DNA of 64,000 bases from an uncultured Clostridia bacterium (GTDB taxonomy: Bacteria; Bacillota; Clostridia; Christensenellales; UBA1242), in contig CALVNA010000001.1 in the NCBI GenBank assembly GCA_944349535.1, forward strand, positions 21,325 to 85,324, given 5' to 3'. The notes under the pieces are model-generated. The model did no database searches, had not been told where the DNA came from, and was given only the letters and a program-made list of their open reading frames with translations. The position numbers were made by a program, and so were the translations under genes. The number at the start of each line of letters is the position of its first letter. The stretch's first letter is position 1. Shown piece by piece: positions 26,223 through 35,459 of the stretch.

Positions 26223-26963
26223 TTAGCCTTCCATAATCATTTTGTCTGCGATCAAAGCAATAAGCTCGCCGTTTGTTGGCTTTTCATTGCTGCTGTAAAT
26301 TTTCAAGCCAAAAAGAGTGTTTATGTTTTCAATCTTCCCCCTGTTCCACGCAACTTCGATTGCATGGCGCATTCCTCTTTCAACCTTTGAGGAACTTGTT
26401 TCAAACTTTTCAGCGATTGTTGGGTAAAGTTTTTTTGTGATAGAACCAATGATTTCAGGCTCTTCAACAGCAAGCTTGACAGCTTCTCTTAAAAATTGAT
26501 ACCCTTTGATGTGTGCAGGAATCCCGATGCTGATAAAAATATTGGAGATTTTTTCATCCAGCTGTTTTTCTTCTTTGCTTTCAACAGGCTTCTCTTCCAA
26601 TATGTTTTCAATGCGCTCAGCCAAATTTTCAGGCAAGATTGGCTTTACCATAAAATAGCTTGCGCCTTCTTTGATGGCTTTTGACACAAACCCGCTGTGA
26701 GAAAGATTTGATATGAATATTATTTTTGGCAGGTTTTCTTTCATCTGTTTTTTAAGTGAAGAAAGAACCATAAAACCATCCATGCCTGACAGCATAATTT
26801 CCATCACCAGCACATCAGGTTTTGACTGCACCACTTCTTTGACAACGGTTTGTCCCACCACGCCGCTGCCGACTAAAGCAAATTTTTGGTTTTCTGAAAA
26901 GTATTGTTCAAGAGTTTTGTCTTCTGAATTGTCTGCTAAGTAAATTTTTATTTTATTTTCCAT
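26223..26963 (-). CDS. spo0A: Sporulation master regulator Spo0A homolog (atypical receiver: Glu at the phospho-acceptor position)
   Basis: C-terminal Spo0A-specific domain: IGIPAHIKGYQFLREAV...SITKKLYPTIAEKF...SKVERGMRHAIEVAWNRG...KPTNGELIALIADK. The receiver has PDVLVMEIMLSGMDG where B. subtilis has PDVLVLDIIMPHLDG. ATG 26963 is preceded by AAAGGAG. Confidence 0.85.
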   Translation of the reverse strand: MENKIKIYLADNSEDKTLEQYFSENQKFALVGSGVVGQTVVKEVVQSKPDVLVMEIMLSGMDGFMVLSSLKKQMKENLPKIIFISNLSHSGFVSKAIKEGASYFMVKPILPENLAERIENILEEKPVESKEEKQLDEKISNIFISIGIPAHIKGYQFLREAVKLAVEEPEIIGSITKKLYPTIAEKFETSSSKVERGMRHAIEVAWNRGKIENINTLFGLKIYSSNEKPTNGELIALIADKMIMEG

Positions 26964-27081
26964 TTTGCACTCCTTTCTCGCTCTTTCAATTGCGACAAAT
27001 AAAAGATAACACAATTTTTTGTAAAAAAAAATCATAACCCCTGCCAGTTTTTGCCGAGTTATGATTATTTTTGTAGAAATT

Positions 27082-27115
27082 TGTCGAAAGCCTTTGCTTT
27101 CAGAAATTTGTCTAA
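27082..27115. promoter_or_regulatory. Candidate Spo0A (0A) boxes upstream of spo0A
   Basis: TGTCGAA at 27082-27088 (perfect 0A-box consensus) and TGTCTAA at 27109-27115, each within a repeated AGAAATTTGTC. Confidence 0.35.
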
Positions 27116-27120
27116 AATTG

Positions 27121-28452
27121 TTACAAACTCTTGCCTATCAGCTGATAGCTGCCGTTGCCTGAAAGTGAAGCTCTGTAAAGATAATAGTTTTCATCAACTT
27201 CTTCTGAATCGGAGCTGTCATCTTCTGTTTGTTCAATTTGAGCAAAGAAATAGATGTATCCATCGCTCAGTCCATATGTGCCTGAAATGATTGAGCTCAT
27301 GCTGACAACTGTTTCAACTTCGCCGCTCAAAACGCTAGCTCTGCTTATTTGAGTTGAAGTTGAATAATAAATCCAACCATTTTGCTCAAACAGCACATCA
27401 AAAGTTGTGTCTGAAGAAATCAAAACTTTGGTTGCACCGCTTAAAGTCTTATACACCAAAGAACCGTTTTCTGTGATAAACGCAAAACCTTCTTCAGTTG
27501 CAATCACATTTGAAATTGAATCGTCTGAGTAAAATCTTCCAGTTGCGTCAAAGTTGTTTGACTGAGTGATGTTTTTTTGATAAACTTCAACATCCGAAAC
27601 GTCTGTATCCAAACTATAGAACACAACATCTCCACATCTGTCAAGCAAAGTCAGTTCTGCAGCTTGTGGATATGAATAATCCGTAATTTGACCATTTGCG
27701 AAATCGACTGCTTTGATTTCTATTTCGCCGTCATCATTTGTTGCTGCGTAAACAACATTTTTTAAAGAAGAATTTTCGTCTGCGATTGCGTAACTTTCAA
27801 CATTTTCAGCCAAAATTGTGTTCTCGCCAAGGCTGTCGCCTATTCGGATAGAAGAAAGTTGATATTCTTCTTCGCTGTTTTGAGCACAAATGACATAGTA
27901 ATAATTTCCATCCGAGCCCTTTTGCACTGTGATCTGAGAATTGTCGTCATAACGAGTTGTGTAAATTTCTTGCAAGCCATCTCCATTAAATTTGACTCTT
28001 AAAAGAGTAACTCTGCTATAGTCGTTTTGCAGCTCATCTGTTCTGTGAGTGTTTGTTGAAGTAAAATATATATAAGAGCCATAAACAAACATATCTTGAT
28101 TTTGATAGCCAACAAAACGGTCAGAAACCTTTTCGCTGCCAAGCGGACTTGAATTGTTTGTGTCAGCCCTATCGTCGTCAAAAGTGAAGGATTGACCCAA
28201 ATTCAATCTTGCAAGATATCCTGTCTGTGAAGCCGCACCATAATCAAATTCTTCTGCCGATGAGTCGCTATAGCCGTTTGCAAAATAAAGATAATCGCCA
28301 ATCTGAGCAATTTGCCCACCAAAATGAACAACTTCTTCAAAATAGTAAGGTTGCCCGTTTTCATCAAAAATATCGCTGACAGTTGCACAACCTGTAAGAA
28401 GCAGTGCCACTGCAAAAATCATTGTAAACAATTTTAAAAATTTCTTTTTCAT
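27121..28452 (-). CDS. Lipoprotein, beta-propeller (DUF5050/TolB-like) repeats
   Basis: Lipobox LLLTGC. Recurring blades of the type [GD]xYxYF... Confidence 0.6.
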   Translation of the reverse strand: MKKKFLKLFTMIFAVALLLTGCATVSDIFDENGQPYYFEEVVHFGGQIAQIGDYLYFANGYSDSSAEEFDYGAASQTGYLARLNLGQSFTFDDDRADTNNSSPLGSEKVSDRFVGYQNQDMFVYGSYIYFTSTNTHRTDELQNDYSRVTLLRVKFNGDGLQEIYTTRYDDNSQITVQKGSDGNYYYVICAQNSEEEYQLSSIRIGDSLGENTILAENVESYAIADENSSLKNVVYAATNDDGEIEIKAVDFANGQITDYSYPQAAELTLLDRCGDVVFYSLDTDVSDVEVYQKNITQSNNFDATGRFYSDDSISNVIATEEGFAFITENGSLVYKTLSGATKVLISSDTTFDVLFEQNGWIYYSTSTQISRASVLSGEVETVVSMSSIISGTYGLSDGYIYFFAQIEQTEDDSSDSEEVDENYYLYRASLSGNGSYQLIGKSL

Positions 28453-28534
28453 TTTTTCTCCGTATTTCTAAGCTAAAAAATTTTACAATAAAAGCTTGCA
28501 AAAGTCAATCAATTCTTTCCAAAAACTTGCAAAA

Positions 28535-29230
28535 TTAAACCTTGTCAATCAAAACAAGTTGTTGCCCCACCATGTCGCAGGAAGTCAAATAGTATTGAAT
28601 GCCATTTTTTTCGTATAACAGTTCAGGATTTTTCTTTGCATGAAGATGCCCATAAACAACTTTGCAAACTCCATATTTTTCAATAAGGTTTGTAAAGCCG
28701 GTGTCTAATTTTGCTGGAGTGGTTGGCGGATAGTGAAGAAGACAATAAATTTTTTCGCTATCAGTTTTCAGTTCTTGCGCTTTTTTCAAACTCATTTCAA
28801 GCCTGATAATTTCGCGGTCATATATTTTTTGATTTTCTGCCGAAAAATTCTCGTCTGGCAAAAGCCATCCTCGAGTGCCACAAAAAATGCAGTTTTCAAA
28901 CTTAAGTGCATCGTTTTGAAGCGCATAAAAGTTTTCTGGCAAGATTTTTCGAAGCGCTGAAATTGAACTCCACCAATAGTCGTGATTGCCTTTGATGATG
29001 ATTTTTTTGCCCGGCAAAGCTTTCAGCAAATCAAAGTCGGCTTTTGCCTCTTCAAGCCTCATCGCCCAAGAAAAATCGCCTGCCATAAGCACTATGTCGT
29101 TTTCTTCAACTTTCACCTTCCAGTCAGCAAAAACATTGTCAACATAGTCATCCCACGCCGGCCCAAAAATATCCATCGGCTTTGGATTGTTGACAGAAAG
29201 ATGAAGATCGCTTATCGCCCAGATTTTCAT
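28535..29230 (-). CDS. Metallophosphoesterase
   Basis: ISDLHL, AGDFS, GNHDYWW, GHLH motifs. Confidence 0.8.
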   Translation of the reverse strand: MKIWAISDLHLSVNNPKPMDIFGPAWDDYVDNVFADWKVKVEENDIVLMAGDFSWAMRLEEAKADFDLLKALPGKKIIIKGNHDYWWSSISALRKILPENFYALQNDALKFENCIFCGTRGWLLPDENFSAENQKIYDREIIRLEMSLKKAQELKTDSEKIYCLLHYPPTTPAKLDTGFTNLIEKYGVCKVVYGHLHAKKNPELLYEKNGIQYYLTSCDMVGQQLVLIDKV

Positions 29231-29652
29231 TGAAGACCTTTTAAGACTTCTTGAACAAGCCTCATATCACATTTGCCATTGAAGTTTTGTTTGAAGTGCT
29301 TCATGACAGTTGGAATTGATTTGTCTTGAAGAGAATTGATTTCCTGAGCAATTTCTTCTCTGCTCATCATTTTTGGCAAATAGCTTGAAGCAATTTCTAT
29401 CTGTTTTTCAATAAGCGTCACTTCTTCGCTGTTGCCCACCTTTGCATAATTTTCCTTTTCTTCACTAAGTTCCTTTATCGTCTTTTGCAAAATGTTGGAG
29501 ATGTCTGCGTCTTCGACCTCTCCACCCTTTTCTCTTTTCTTGATATTTTCAAGCATAATTTTGTTGAGCAGAACGCTATAGATGCTTCTTGCCACAGAGT
29601 CTTTGTCTTTCATTGCTTGAATGTTTGCTTGTTTAATTTTTTCGTATAACAT
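29227..29652 (-). CDS. GatB/YqeY domain protein
   Basis: 141 aa. ...ARSIYSVLLNKI... and the overall YqeY pattern. Confidence 0.65.
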   Translation of the reverse strand: MLYEKIKQANIQAMKDKDSVARSIYSVLLNKIMLENIKKREKGGEVEDADISNILQKTIKELSEEKENYAKVGNSEEVTLIEKQIEIASSYLPKMMSREEIAQEINSLQDKSIPTVMKHFKQNFNGKCDMRLVQEVLKGLQ

Positions 29653-29852
29653 AATTTCTCCTTTTTTATATTATATTAAAATTTAAAATTTTTTCAAAAT
29701 AAATTGACGCTGCAATAGGTTGAGAGCGTCTTAAAAAGGTTGTATTTTGCCGAAAGCGACCATTTTTTGTTTTTTGTTGCAAAAAATCATTGACTTTTCT
29801 TGACCAAATGAATATAATCTTGTTTGTATCCTTTTGGATATCCCTCTTCTTT

Positions 29853-29929
29853 GGCAGCATAGCTCAGGTGGCTAGAGCGCAAGATTCATACTCTTGAGGT
29901 CACTGGTTCGATCCCAGTTGCTGCTACCA
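29853..29929 (+). tRNA. tRNA-Met (anticodon CAT; elongator-like loop TTCATAC), CCA encoded
   Basis: Hand-folded. Acceptor GGCAGCA/TGCTGCT, D-arm GCTC-AGGTGGCTA-GAGC, anticodon arm CAAGA-TTCATAC-TCTTG, T-arm ACTGG-TTCGATC-CCAGT. A lysidine-modified tRNA-Ile2 cannot be fully excluded. Confidence 0.8.
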
Positions 29930-29935
29930 AATAAA

Positions 29936-29960
29936 ACGAAGACTTCCTCTTCGTTTTTTT
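29936..29960 (+). terminator. Intrinsic terminator after tRNA-Met
   Basis: ACGAAGA-CTTCC-TCTTCGT followed by TTTTTT. Confidence 0.7.
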
Positions 29961-29981
29961 AGTTCATTTATTACCTTTTAA

Positions 29982-30064
29982 GGATCGAACCAGTGAAACG
30001 GTTCGTCCGGGTTCCCTGAAAATCGTCAGATTTTTAGGGTAAGGTCCCAGTTGCTGCTACCAAA
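29982..30064 (+). pseudogene. Rearranged tRNA-Met remnant (inverted T-arm piece + direct copy of the 3' end)
   Basis: GGATCGAACCAGTG (29982-29995) is the reverse complement of 29901-29914. TCCCAGTTGCTGCTACCAAA (30045-30064) repeats 29912-29931. There is no 5' acceptor strand. Confidence 0.6.
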
Positions 30065-30072
30065 ATAATGAA

Positions 30073-30097
30073 ACGAAGAATTTTCTTCGTTTTTTTT
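30073..30097 (+). terminator. Second, diverged copy of the tRNA-Met terminator
   Basis: ACGAAGA-ATTT-TCTTCGT followed by TTTTTTT. Confidence 0.6.
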
Positions 30098-30218
30098 GTT
30101 TTATAAAATAATGATAAAGCAAAATTTTTCTTTTAACAGCGGCAAATTTTGTAAAAGCAAAAAGAAAACTTGTTTGACTTTTTTGTTTTTACAAACTATT
30201 CTTAGTATAGGAGAAATT

Positions 30219-30491
30219 ATGATTCATTCACTTTCTGGCGGAGAGCTTAAGCTAAACAAAAACTATGATTTTGCAAAGGTCGAAATACAAGAAGGTTTTG
30301 AAAAAGGCCGTCCGTACTGGTTTATCTGTCCTTTTAAAGATGTTTGTCAAAACGACCTGGTGCTCGTTCCGCTTGGGCAAGAAAACACTCCAACAAAAGC
30401 TCTTGTTTTGCGTGTTGACAAAAATATCAGCGAGCAGACCAGCCCTTTGCCAATAAAGCGCATGAAAAAGATTTTGCAAAAACTAAACTGA
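30219..30491 (+). CDS. Hypothetical protein (90 aa)
   Basis: TAGGAGAAATTATG start. The upstream part of the track ORF is AT-rich leader. Confidence 0.45.
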   Translation: MIHSLSGGELKLNKNYDFAKVEIQEGFEKGRPYWFICPFKDVCQNDLVLVPLGQENTPTKALVLRVDKNISEQTSPLPIKRMKKILQKLN

Positions 30492-30536
30492 ACATTCAAG
30501 CAACACAGAAAAAACAAACCGTTTTTGGTTTGTTTT

Positions 30537-31880
30537 TTATTTCAAAAGTTCTTCAAGCTTTTTGCATCTTTCTTCGTCCATTTCTGGCACATCTTTCAAG
30601 CGATATGGTATTTTCAAGTCTTGATATTTATGAACGCCAATGGTTTTGTAAGGCAACAATTCAACTTTTTCAACATTCTTGAGCTTTTCGGCAAACTCTT
30701 TGAGTTTCAAAATGTGCTGTTTGTCATCGTTTATGCCTGGCACAATAACTTGCCGCAGCCAAAGTTTGTTGCCGTTTTTTTGCACAGCTTGCAAAAACTG
30801 CTTAAAATATTTTATTGGCTGACCAGTCAATTCAAAATATTCTTTTTCGTCAACCGCCTTGACATCCAAAATCACAAGGTCAACATATTTTAAAATTTCG
30901 TCATAGTCGCCAAACCCCACACCTGCTGTATCTAGTGCTGTATTTATTGCTTTTTGCTTGCATAGTCTTAAACATTCCAGCAAAAATTGCGGCTGCAAAA
31001 GAGGTTCTCCACCAGAAAAGGTTGCTCCGCCGTCCTGCCCATAATAGTTTTTATACCGCTCTATTTTTTTTACAAGCTCTGCTGCTGAAAGTTCTTCGCT
31101 TTGCCCATCCATCGCCCACGTTTCAGGGTTGTGGCAATATTTGCACCTTAAATGACAGCCTTGCAAAAAACTGACAAATCTTATTCCTGGCCCATCAACC
31201 AGCCCCATAGTTTCAATGCTATTTATTTTTCCCAAGATCTCTTTCTGTGTGCAATCAATGACAAGGTCGCAATCAAATTTTTGATCTGTGTTGACATCGT
31301 TTTTAATTCCAACTGTTTTCACCCCTAAATGTTTGCCGAGTGATAATGTGGAAGAAGAATCTTCAAACAAAACAATCTGCTCAGGTGAAAAATTGATAAA
31401 ATGCTTTATTTTTTTCAAAAATTGATCTTTTTTTAAGTTTAATGAAGGCATTGAAAACACTTTGTCAAAAAATTTGTAAATTTTTTTGCTTTTCAAAACC
31501 TCTGTTATTGTGTTTTCATCTTGATTTGAAGCTATAAAATAATGAGCGTTTGGAAAAGCTTTTGTGATTGAAAAGAAATAGTCAAAGATTTTGACGTCTT
31601 TTTTCTTTAGCATGGTAAGAGAATATTTTTGCTTGTCTGCCATTGCTTTTTGTTTGTCAATATTGCCACAAGCGGAAATCTCTTCAAAAATATCAACATC
31701 CCTTTTCCCGATAAACCTTTTAAAATCTTCTTTTGTAAAAATCTTGTCTGGAAAAAGCTCTTCAATCACTTTTTTGTGTGAAAGAAAATGACAGGGCTCA
31801 CTGTTAAGCAAAGTCCCGTCAAAATCAAATACAAAAACATTTCTTTGCCAAGAATTGATCTCTTGAAGAAATTGATCCAT
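30537..31880 (-). CDS. pflA: HAD-hydrolase domain fused to pyruvate formate-lyase activating enzyme
   Basis: N-terminal ~210 aa has HAD motifs: FDFDGTL, IASNQ, FEDS. The C-terminus has GPGIRFVSFLQGCHLRCKYCHNPETW and GGEPLLQ. The start overlaps the pflB stop (TAATG). Confidence 0.85.
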   Translation of the reverse strand: MDQFLQEINSWQRNVFVFDFDGTLLNSEPCHFLSHKKVIEELFPDKIFTKEDFKRFIGKRDVDIFEEISACGNIDKQKAMADKQKYSLTMLKKKDVKIFDYFFSITKAFPNAHYFIASNQDENTITEVLKSKKIYKFFDKVFSMPSLNLKKDQFLKKIKHFINFSPEQIVLFEDSSSTLSLGKHLGVKTVGIKNDVNTDQKFDCDLVIDCTQKEILGKINSIETMGLVDGPGIRFVSFLQGCHLRCKYCHNPETWAMDGQSEELSAAELVKKIERYKNYYGQDGGATFSGGEPLLQPQFLLECLRLCKQKAINTALDTAGVGFGDYDEILKYVDLVILDVKAVDEKEYFELTGQPIKYFKQFLQAVQKNGNKLWLRQVIVPGINDDKQHILKLKEFAEKLKNVEKVELLPYKTIGVHKYQDLKIPYRLKDVPEMDEERCKKLEELLK

Positions 31881-34147
31881 TATTTTATCCTTTCATGAAA
31901 AGTTCTTGCAATAACTTCTTCTTGGTGAGCACGAGAAAGTTTGTTAAAGTTGACAGCATAGCCAGAAACTCTGATTGTAAGGGTTGGATATTTGTCTGGA
32001 TGATCCATAGCGTCAATAAGTTTTTCACGATTGAGAACGTTGACATTGATGTGCTGAGCGCCTTGCTTAAAATATCCATCCAAAATGCCTACCAAGTTTT
32101 TAACCCTTTCTTTCTCGTCATGCCCAAGAGCGTTTGGCACTATTGAGAAGGTGTTTGAAACTCCATCTTGGCAGCAATCGCAATATGGAATTTTTGCAAC
32201 TGAATTGAGTGATGCAAGAGCCCCCGAACTGTCTCGTCCGTGCATTGGATTTGCCCCTGGAGCAAACGGACATCCTGCCTTTCTGCCGTCTGGAGTGTTG
32301 CCTGTTTTTTTGCCATACATAACATTTGATGTGATGGTAAGCGCAGACAGTGTGTGTTTTGCATTGCGATAAAGCTTGTTTTTCTTCAAGCTTGCAATAA
32401 AATGCTGCACAATTTCGACTGCAATTTGGTCAACCCTGTCATCATCATTGCCGTATTTTGGATAGTCGCCGTCAATTTTGAAATCAACAGCAACTCCTTG
32501 TTCATTTCTTATTGGCGATACTTTGGCATATTTGATGGCAGAAAGAGAATCTGTTGCCACCGAAAGCCCTGCCACACCAAAAGCCATAAGCCTTTCAACA
32601 TTTGTGTCGTGAAGTGCCATTTGTCCAGCTTCATAGGCATATTTGTCATGCATGTAGTGGATGATATTCATTGCATCAACATAGGTTTTTGCAACTTTAT
32701 CAAGCACTTCAAAATATGCTTTTTTGACTTTTTCATACTTCAAAACCTTGTCTGGCATTGACTTAACGCCTTCAACAACAAGCTTTCCACTTTTTTCGTC
32801 TTTTCCTTCATTGATTGAGTAAAGCAATGATTTTGCCAAGTTGCATCTTGCCCCAAAAAATTGCATTTGTTTGCCAACTTTCATTGCAGAAACGCAGCAA
32901 GCGATGGCATAGTCGTGCCCATAGATTGGACGCATCACATCATCACTTTCATATTGAATGCTGTCTGTAAGAATTGAAATTTTTGCACAATATTTTTTGA
33001 AATTCATTGGCAATAAGTTTGACCACAAAACTGTTAAGTTTGGTTCTGGAGATGGGTCAAGGTTGATAAGACTATGCAAAAATCTGAAACTGTTTTTGGT
33101 AACCAAACTGTGTTTGTCGTCAAGCATTCCGCCAATGCTTTCAGTAACCCAAGTTGGATCTCCACCGAAAATCTCGTCATATTCAGGAGTCCTTAAATGT
33201 CTTACAAGACGAAGTTTGATTGTGAACTGATCAACAAGTTCTTGAGCCTGTTCTTCGTTGATCAAACCTTTTTTCATATCTCTTTCAAGATAGATGTCAA
33301 GAAAGGTTGAAGTTCTACCCAAACTCATTGCTGCACCGTTGTTTTCTTTAACGGCGGCAAGGTAGGCAAAATATGTCCATTGAAAAGCTTCCTGAGCATT
33401 TCTTGCTGGTTGAGATATATCAAATCCGTAACGGCTTGCCATATCTTTTATTTTTCCAAGCGCTTTGATCTGCTCGTTGACTTCTTCGCGAAGCCTGATT
33501 GACTCTTCGCCGTCAATTTTTGTCATTTGCTCGCTGATAAGGTCTTTCTTTTTTTCTTCAATAAGTCTGTCGATGCCGTAAAGTGCAACTCGGCGATAAT
33601 CTCCAATAATTCTTCCGCGGCCATAAGCATCTGGAAGCCCTGTGATAAGCCCAGCGCTTCTTGCCCTTCGGATTTCTGGTGTGTATGCATCAAAAACGCC
33701 ATCGTTATGAGTTTTTCTCACTCCGTTTGTAAAAATGCTTTCAAGGTTTTTGTCAAAATGACGATTGTAAGCTTTAAGAGCTTGTTGAACCATTCTTAGC
33801 CCGCCATAAGGATTGACAATCCTTTTAAGAGGAGCATCTGTTTGAAGCCCAACAACAACTTCATTTTTCTTGTCAATATATCCCGCATCAAAGCTGTTGA
33901 TGCCTGAAATATGTTTTGTGTCAACATCTAAAAGCCCTTTTTTAAGTTCTTCCTTCAAAAGTTTTTCGCATTTTGCCCAAACTTTTGCCGTCTTTTTGCT
34001 TTTTGGTGTTAAAAAGGAGTCATCTCCTTTGTATTCTTTATAGTTATTGTCAATAAAGTCAGAAACATTTATCTCATTTTTCCACTTTTCCCCTTTAAAA
34101 AGGTGCCAAGCATCTTGTTTTTCAATGATTTTTTCTGCTGTTTTCAT
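31880..34147 (-). CDS. pflB: Formate C-acetyltransferase (pyruvate formate-lyase)
   Basis: 755 aa from ATG 34147 (RBS AAAGGAGAG). Glycyl-radical motif [11 protein letters not shown] and active-site CCVSAM. Confidence 0.9.
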   Translation of the reverse strand: MKTAEKIIEKQDAWHLFKGEKWKNEINVSDFIDNNYKEYKGDDSFLTPKSKKTAKVWAKCEKLLKEELKKGLLDVDTKHISGINSFDAGYIDKKNEVVVGLQTDAPLKRIVNPYGGLRMVQQALKAYNRHFDKNLESIFTNGVRKTHNDGVFDAYTPEIRRARSAGLITGLPDAYGRGRIIGDYRRVALYGIDRLIEEKKKDLISEQMTKIDGEESIRLREEVNEQIKALGKIKDMASRYGFDISQPARNAQEAFQWTYFAYLAAVKENNGAAMSLGRTSTFLDIYLERDMKKGLINEEQAQELVDQFTIKLRLVRHLRTPEYDEIFGGDPTWVTESIGGMLDDKHSLVTKNSFRFLHSLINLDPSPEPNLTVLWSNLLPMNFKKYCAKISILTDSIQYESDDVMRPIYGHDYAIACCVSAMKVGKQMQFFGARCNLAKSLLYSINEGKDEKSGKLVVEGVKSMPDKVLKYEKVKKAYFEVLDKVAKTYVDAMNIIHYMHDKYAYEAGQMALHDTNVERLMAFGVAGLSVATDSLSAIKYAKVSPIRNEQGVAVDFKIDGDYPKYGNDDDRVDQIAVEIVQHFIASLKKNKLYRNAKHTLSALTITSNVMYGKKTGNTPDGRKAGCPFAPGANPMHGRDSSGALASLNSVAKIPYCDCCQDGVSNTFSIVPNALGHDEKERVKNLVGILDGYFKQGAQHINVNVLNREKLIDAMDHPDKYPTLTIRVSGYAVNFNKLSRAHQEEVIARTFHERIK

Positions 34148-34222
34148 AATCTCTCCTTTTGCAAAAAGATTATACAATTTTGAGTAAAGCAAAGTCAAAT
34201 GAAAACAACAAAATTGTTTTTA

Positions 34223-34702
34223 TTATAAAGTTTTTGTTCCAATGATGTGAACTGCTTGAAGCTCTATAAAATTATAAGTTGAAAGAGATCTGTCAAGAGA
34301 ATCGTCAGAATGTGCACAGACAAAAATTTGTCCGTTTTCAATTTTTGAAATGATGACTGAATGATTGAATCTTAAAGGATTTTGTCTTAAAAAAATCAAA
34401 TCTCCCTTCTCCAAACTTTCAAGATTTTTCACTTCACCAAACGGTCCAACACGATCTTTTGTTAAAAGAAAATTTTGCAAAAAATTCACTCCACTCCAGC
34501 TTGCTGAGCGATTGTATGAGTTTATGTAAAACCAGCCATTGCTGCTATAGTTCATCTCTGCCTGACCTGCAAGAAGACACTGCGATACAAAATTTGTGCA
34601 GTCGCCGCCCAGCCCTCCAAAATGATAGAATTCTGGATTTGCGCCAAGTGCCCACTTTTGAGCATAGGCTACCGCTTTTTCTCTGTTATAGTCTCTGATC
34701 AT
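34223..34702 (-). CDS. Putative amidase-domain (NlpC/P60-superfamily-like) protein
   Basis: ...AVAYAQKWA...GGDCTNFVSQCLLAG...NHSVII... pattern. Confidence 0.55.
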   Translation of the reverse strand: MIRDYNREKAVAYAQKWALGANPEFYHFGGLGGDCTNFVSQCLLAGQAEMNYSSNGWFYINSYNRSASWSGVNFLQNFLLTKDRVGPFGEVKNLESLEKGDLIFLRQNPLRFNHSVIISKIENGQIFVCAHSDDSLDRSLSTYNFIELQAVHIIGTKTL

Positions 34703-34815
34703 ATCAATATATATTACTTTTTAAAATATACTGACAATATTTTTATAAAAAATAATGTTTTCAAACGAAACGCATAAAAAGAAAATCTTGTTTCAAACTA
34801 AAGCAAAGGATTTTT

Positions 34816-35394
34816 ATGCAAAAAGTTTTGTTTTTTATGATGATTTTTCCAATTTTGTTTTGTTCGTCTGTTGCAAATGTGATAGACTTGTTTCGCGAGG
34901 CAGATATGATTGTTTTTTATAAGGAAGGACAACAAGTTTATTTATCAGAAAACGACCAATCTCAAATTGATCAACTTTTTTCTGATGCGATTGAAAAAAG
35001 TTATTCGATGCCTGCTTTTGCTGTGAGCATTGATAATCTCACCAAAGAATCTATGAAGTCTGGGCTTTGGATTGAATTTGTTTTTGACAAAACAATGGCT
35101 GCCAGCGAAATGCCTTTTGACAGTTTGCTTGTCAATATAACGCAGAGTCAATATGGAATAAACCTTATCAGAGGCAATGCTGGCGTGTATGAAGGGAGAT
35201 GCTTTTATCTTGATTTAAACGGAAACAATCTTGACAAATTGTATGATTATCTTTCAAATTTAAATATCCCGAGCGAAACGTTTGAAGTTGAAAGTCAAGA
35301 GATTGAAGAAACTGAAATTGTTGAAGAAGAAAATGAGAAAAAAGATAAAGAGTTGATCAAAAGCCAAAAAACATTGCTTGAAAAACTGAAATGA
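34816..35394 (+). CDS. Secreted hypothetical protein with acidic C-terminus
   Basis: Signal peptide MQKVLFFMMIFPILFCSSVA. No recognisable motif. Confidence 0.45.
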   Translation: MQKVLFFMMIFPILFCSSVANVIDLFREADMIVFYKEGQQVYLSENDQSQIDQLFSDAIEKSYSMPAFAVSIDNLTKESMKSGLWIEFVFDKTMAASEMPFDSLLVNITQSQYGINLIRGNAGVYEGRCFYLDLNGNNLDKLYDYLSNLNIPSETFEVESQEIEETEIVEEENEKKDKELIKSQKTLLEKLK

Positions 35395-35459
35395 GTCTTC
35401 AATAGGAAGACTTTTTTATTGTCAAAATTCAAAAAGTGTTGTATAATAAAAAAGCAATT

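Noticed and set aside
29853-30100. Possible integrated prophage or genomic island at tRNA-Met.
   Set aside because: The att-like direct repeats are only ~130 bp apart, and no integrase or cargo genes are present in the window. It is reported only as a scar or remnant.
30525-30893. 122-aa plus-strand ORF, and similar embedded ORFs (e.g. 5867-6214, 12107-12454, 12246-12581, 17586-17891, 32354-32761, 40937-41332, 47226-47531).
   Set aside because: All lie antisense to or out of frame within genes that have unambiguous family motifs (pflA, the TasA-like gene, SDR, spoIIE, pflB, dut, rbr). These are typical shadow ORFs of AT-rich DNA.
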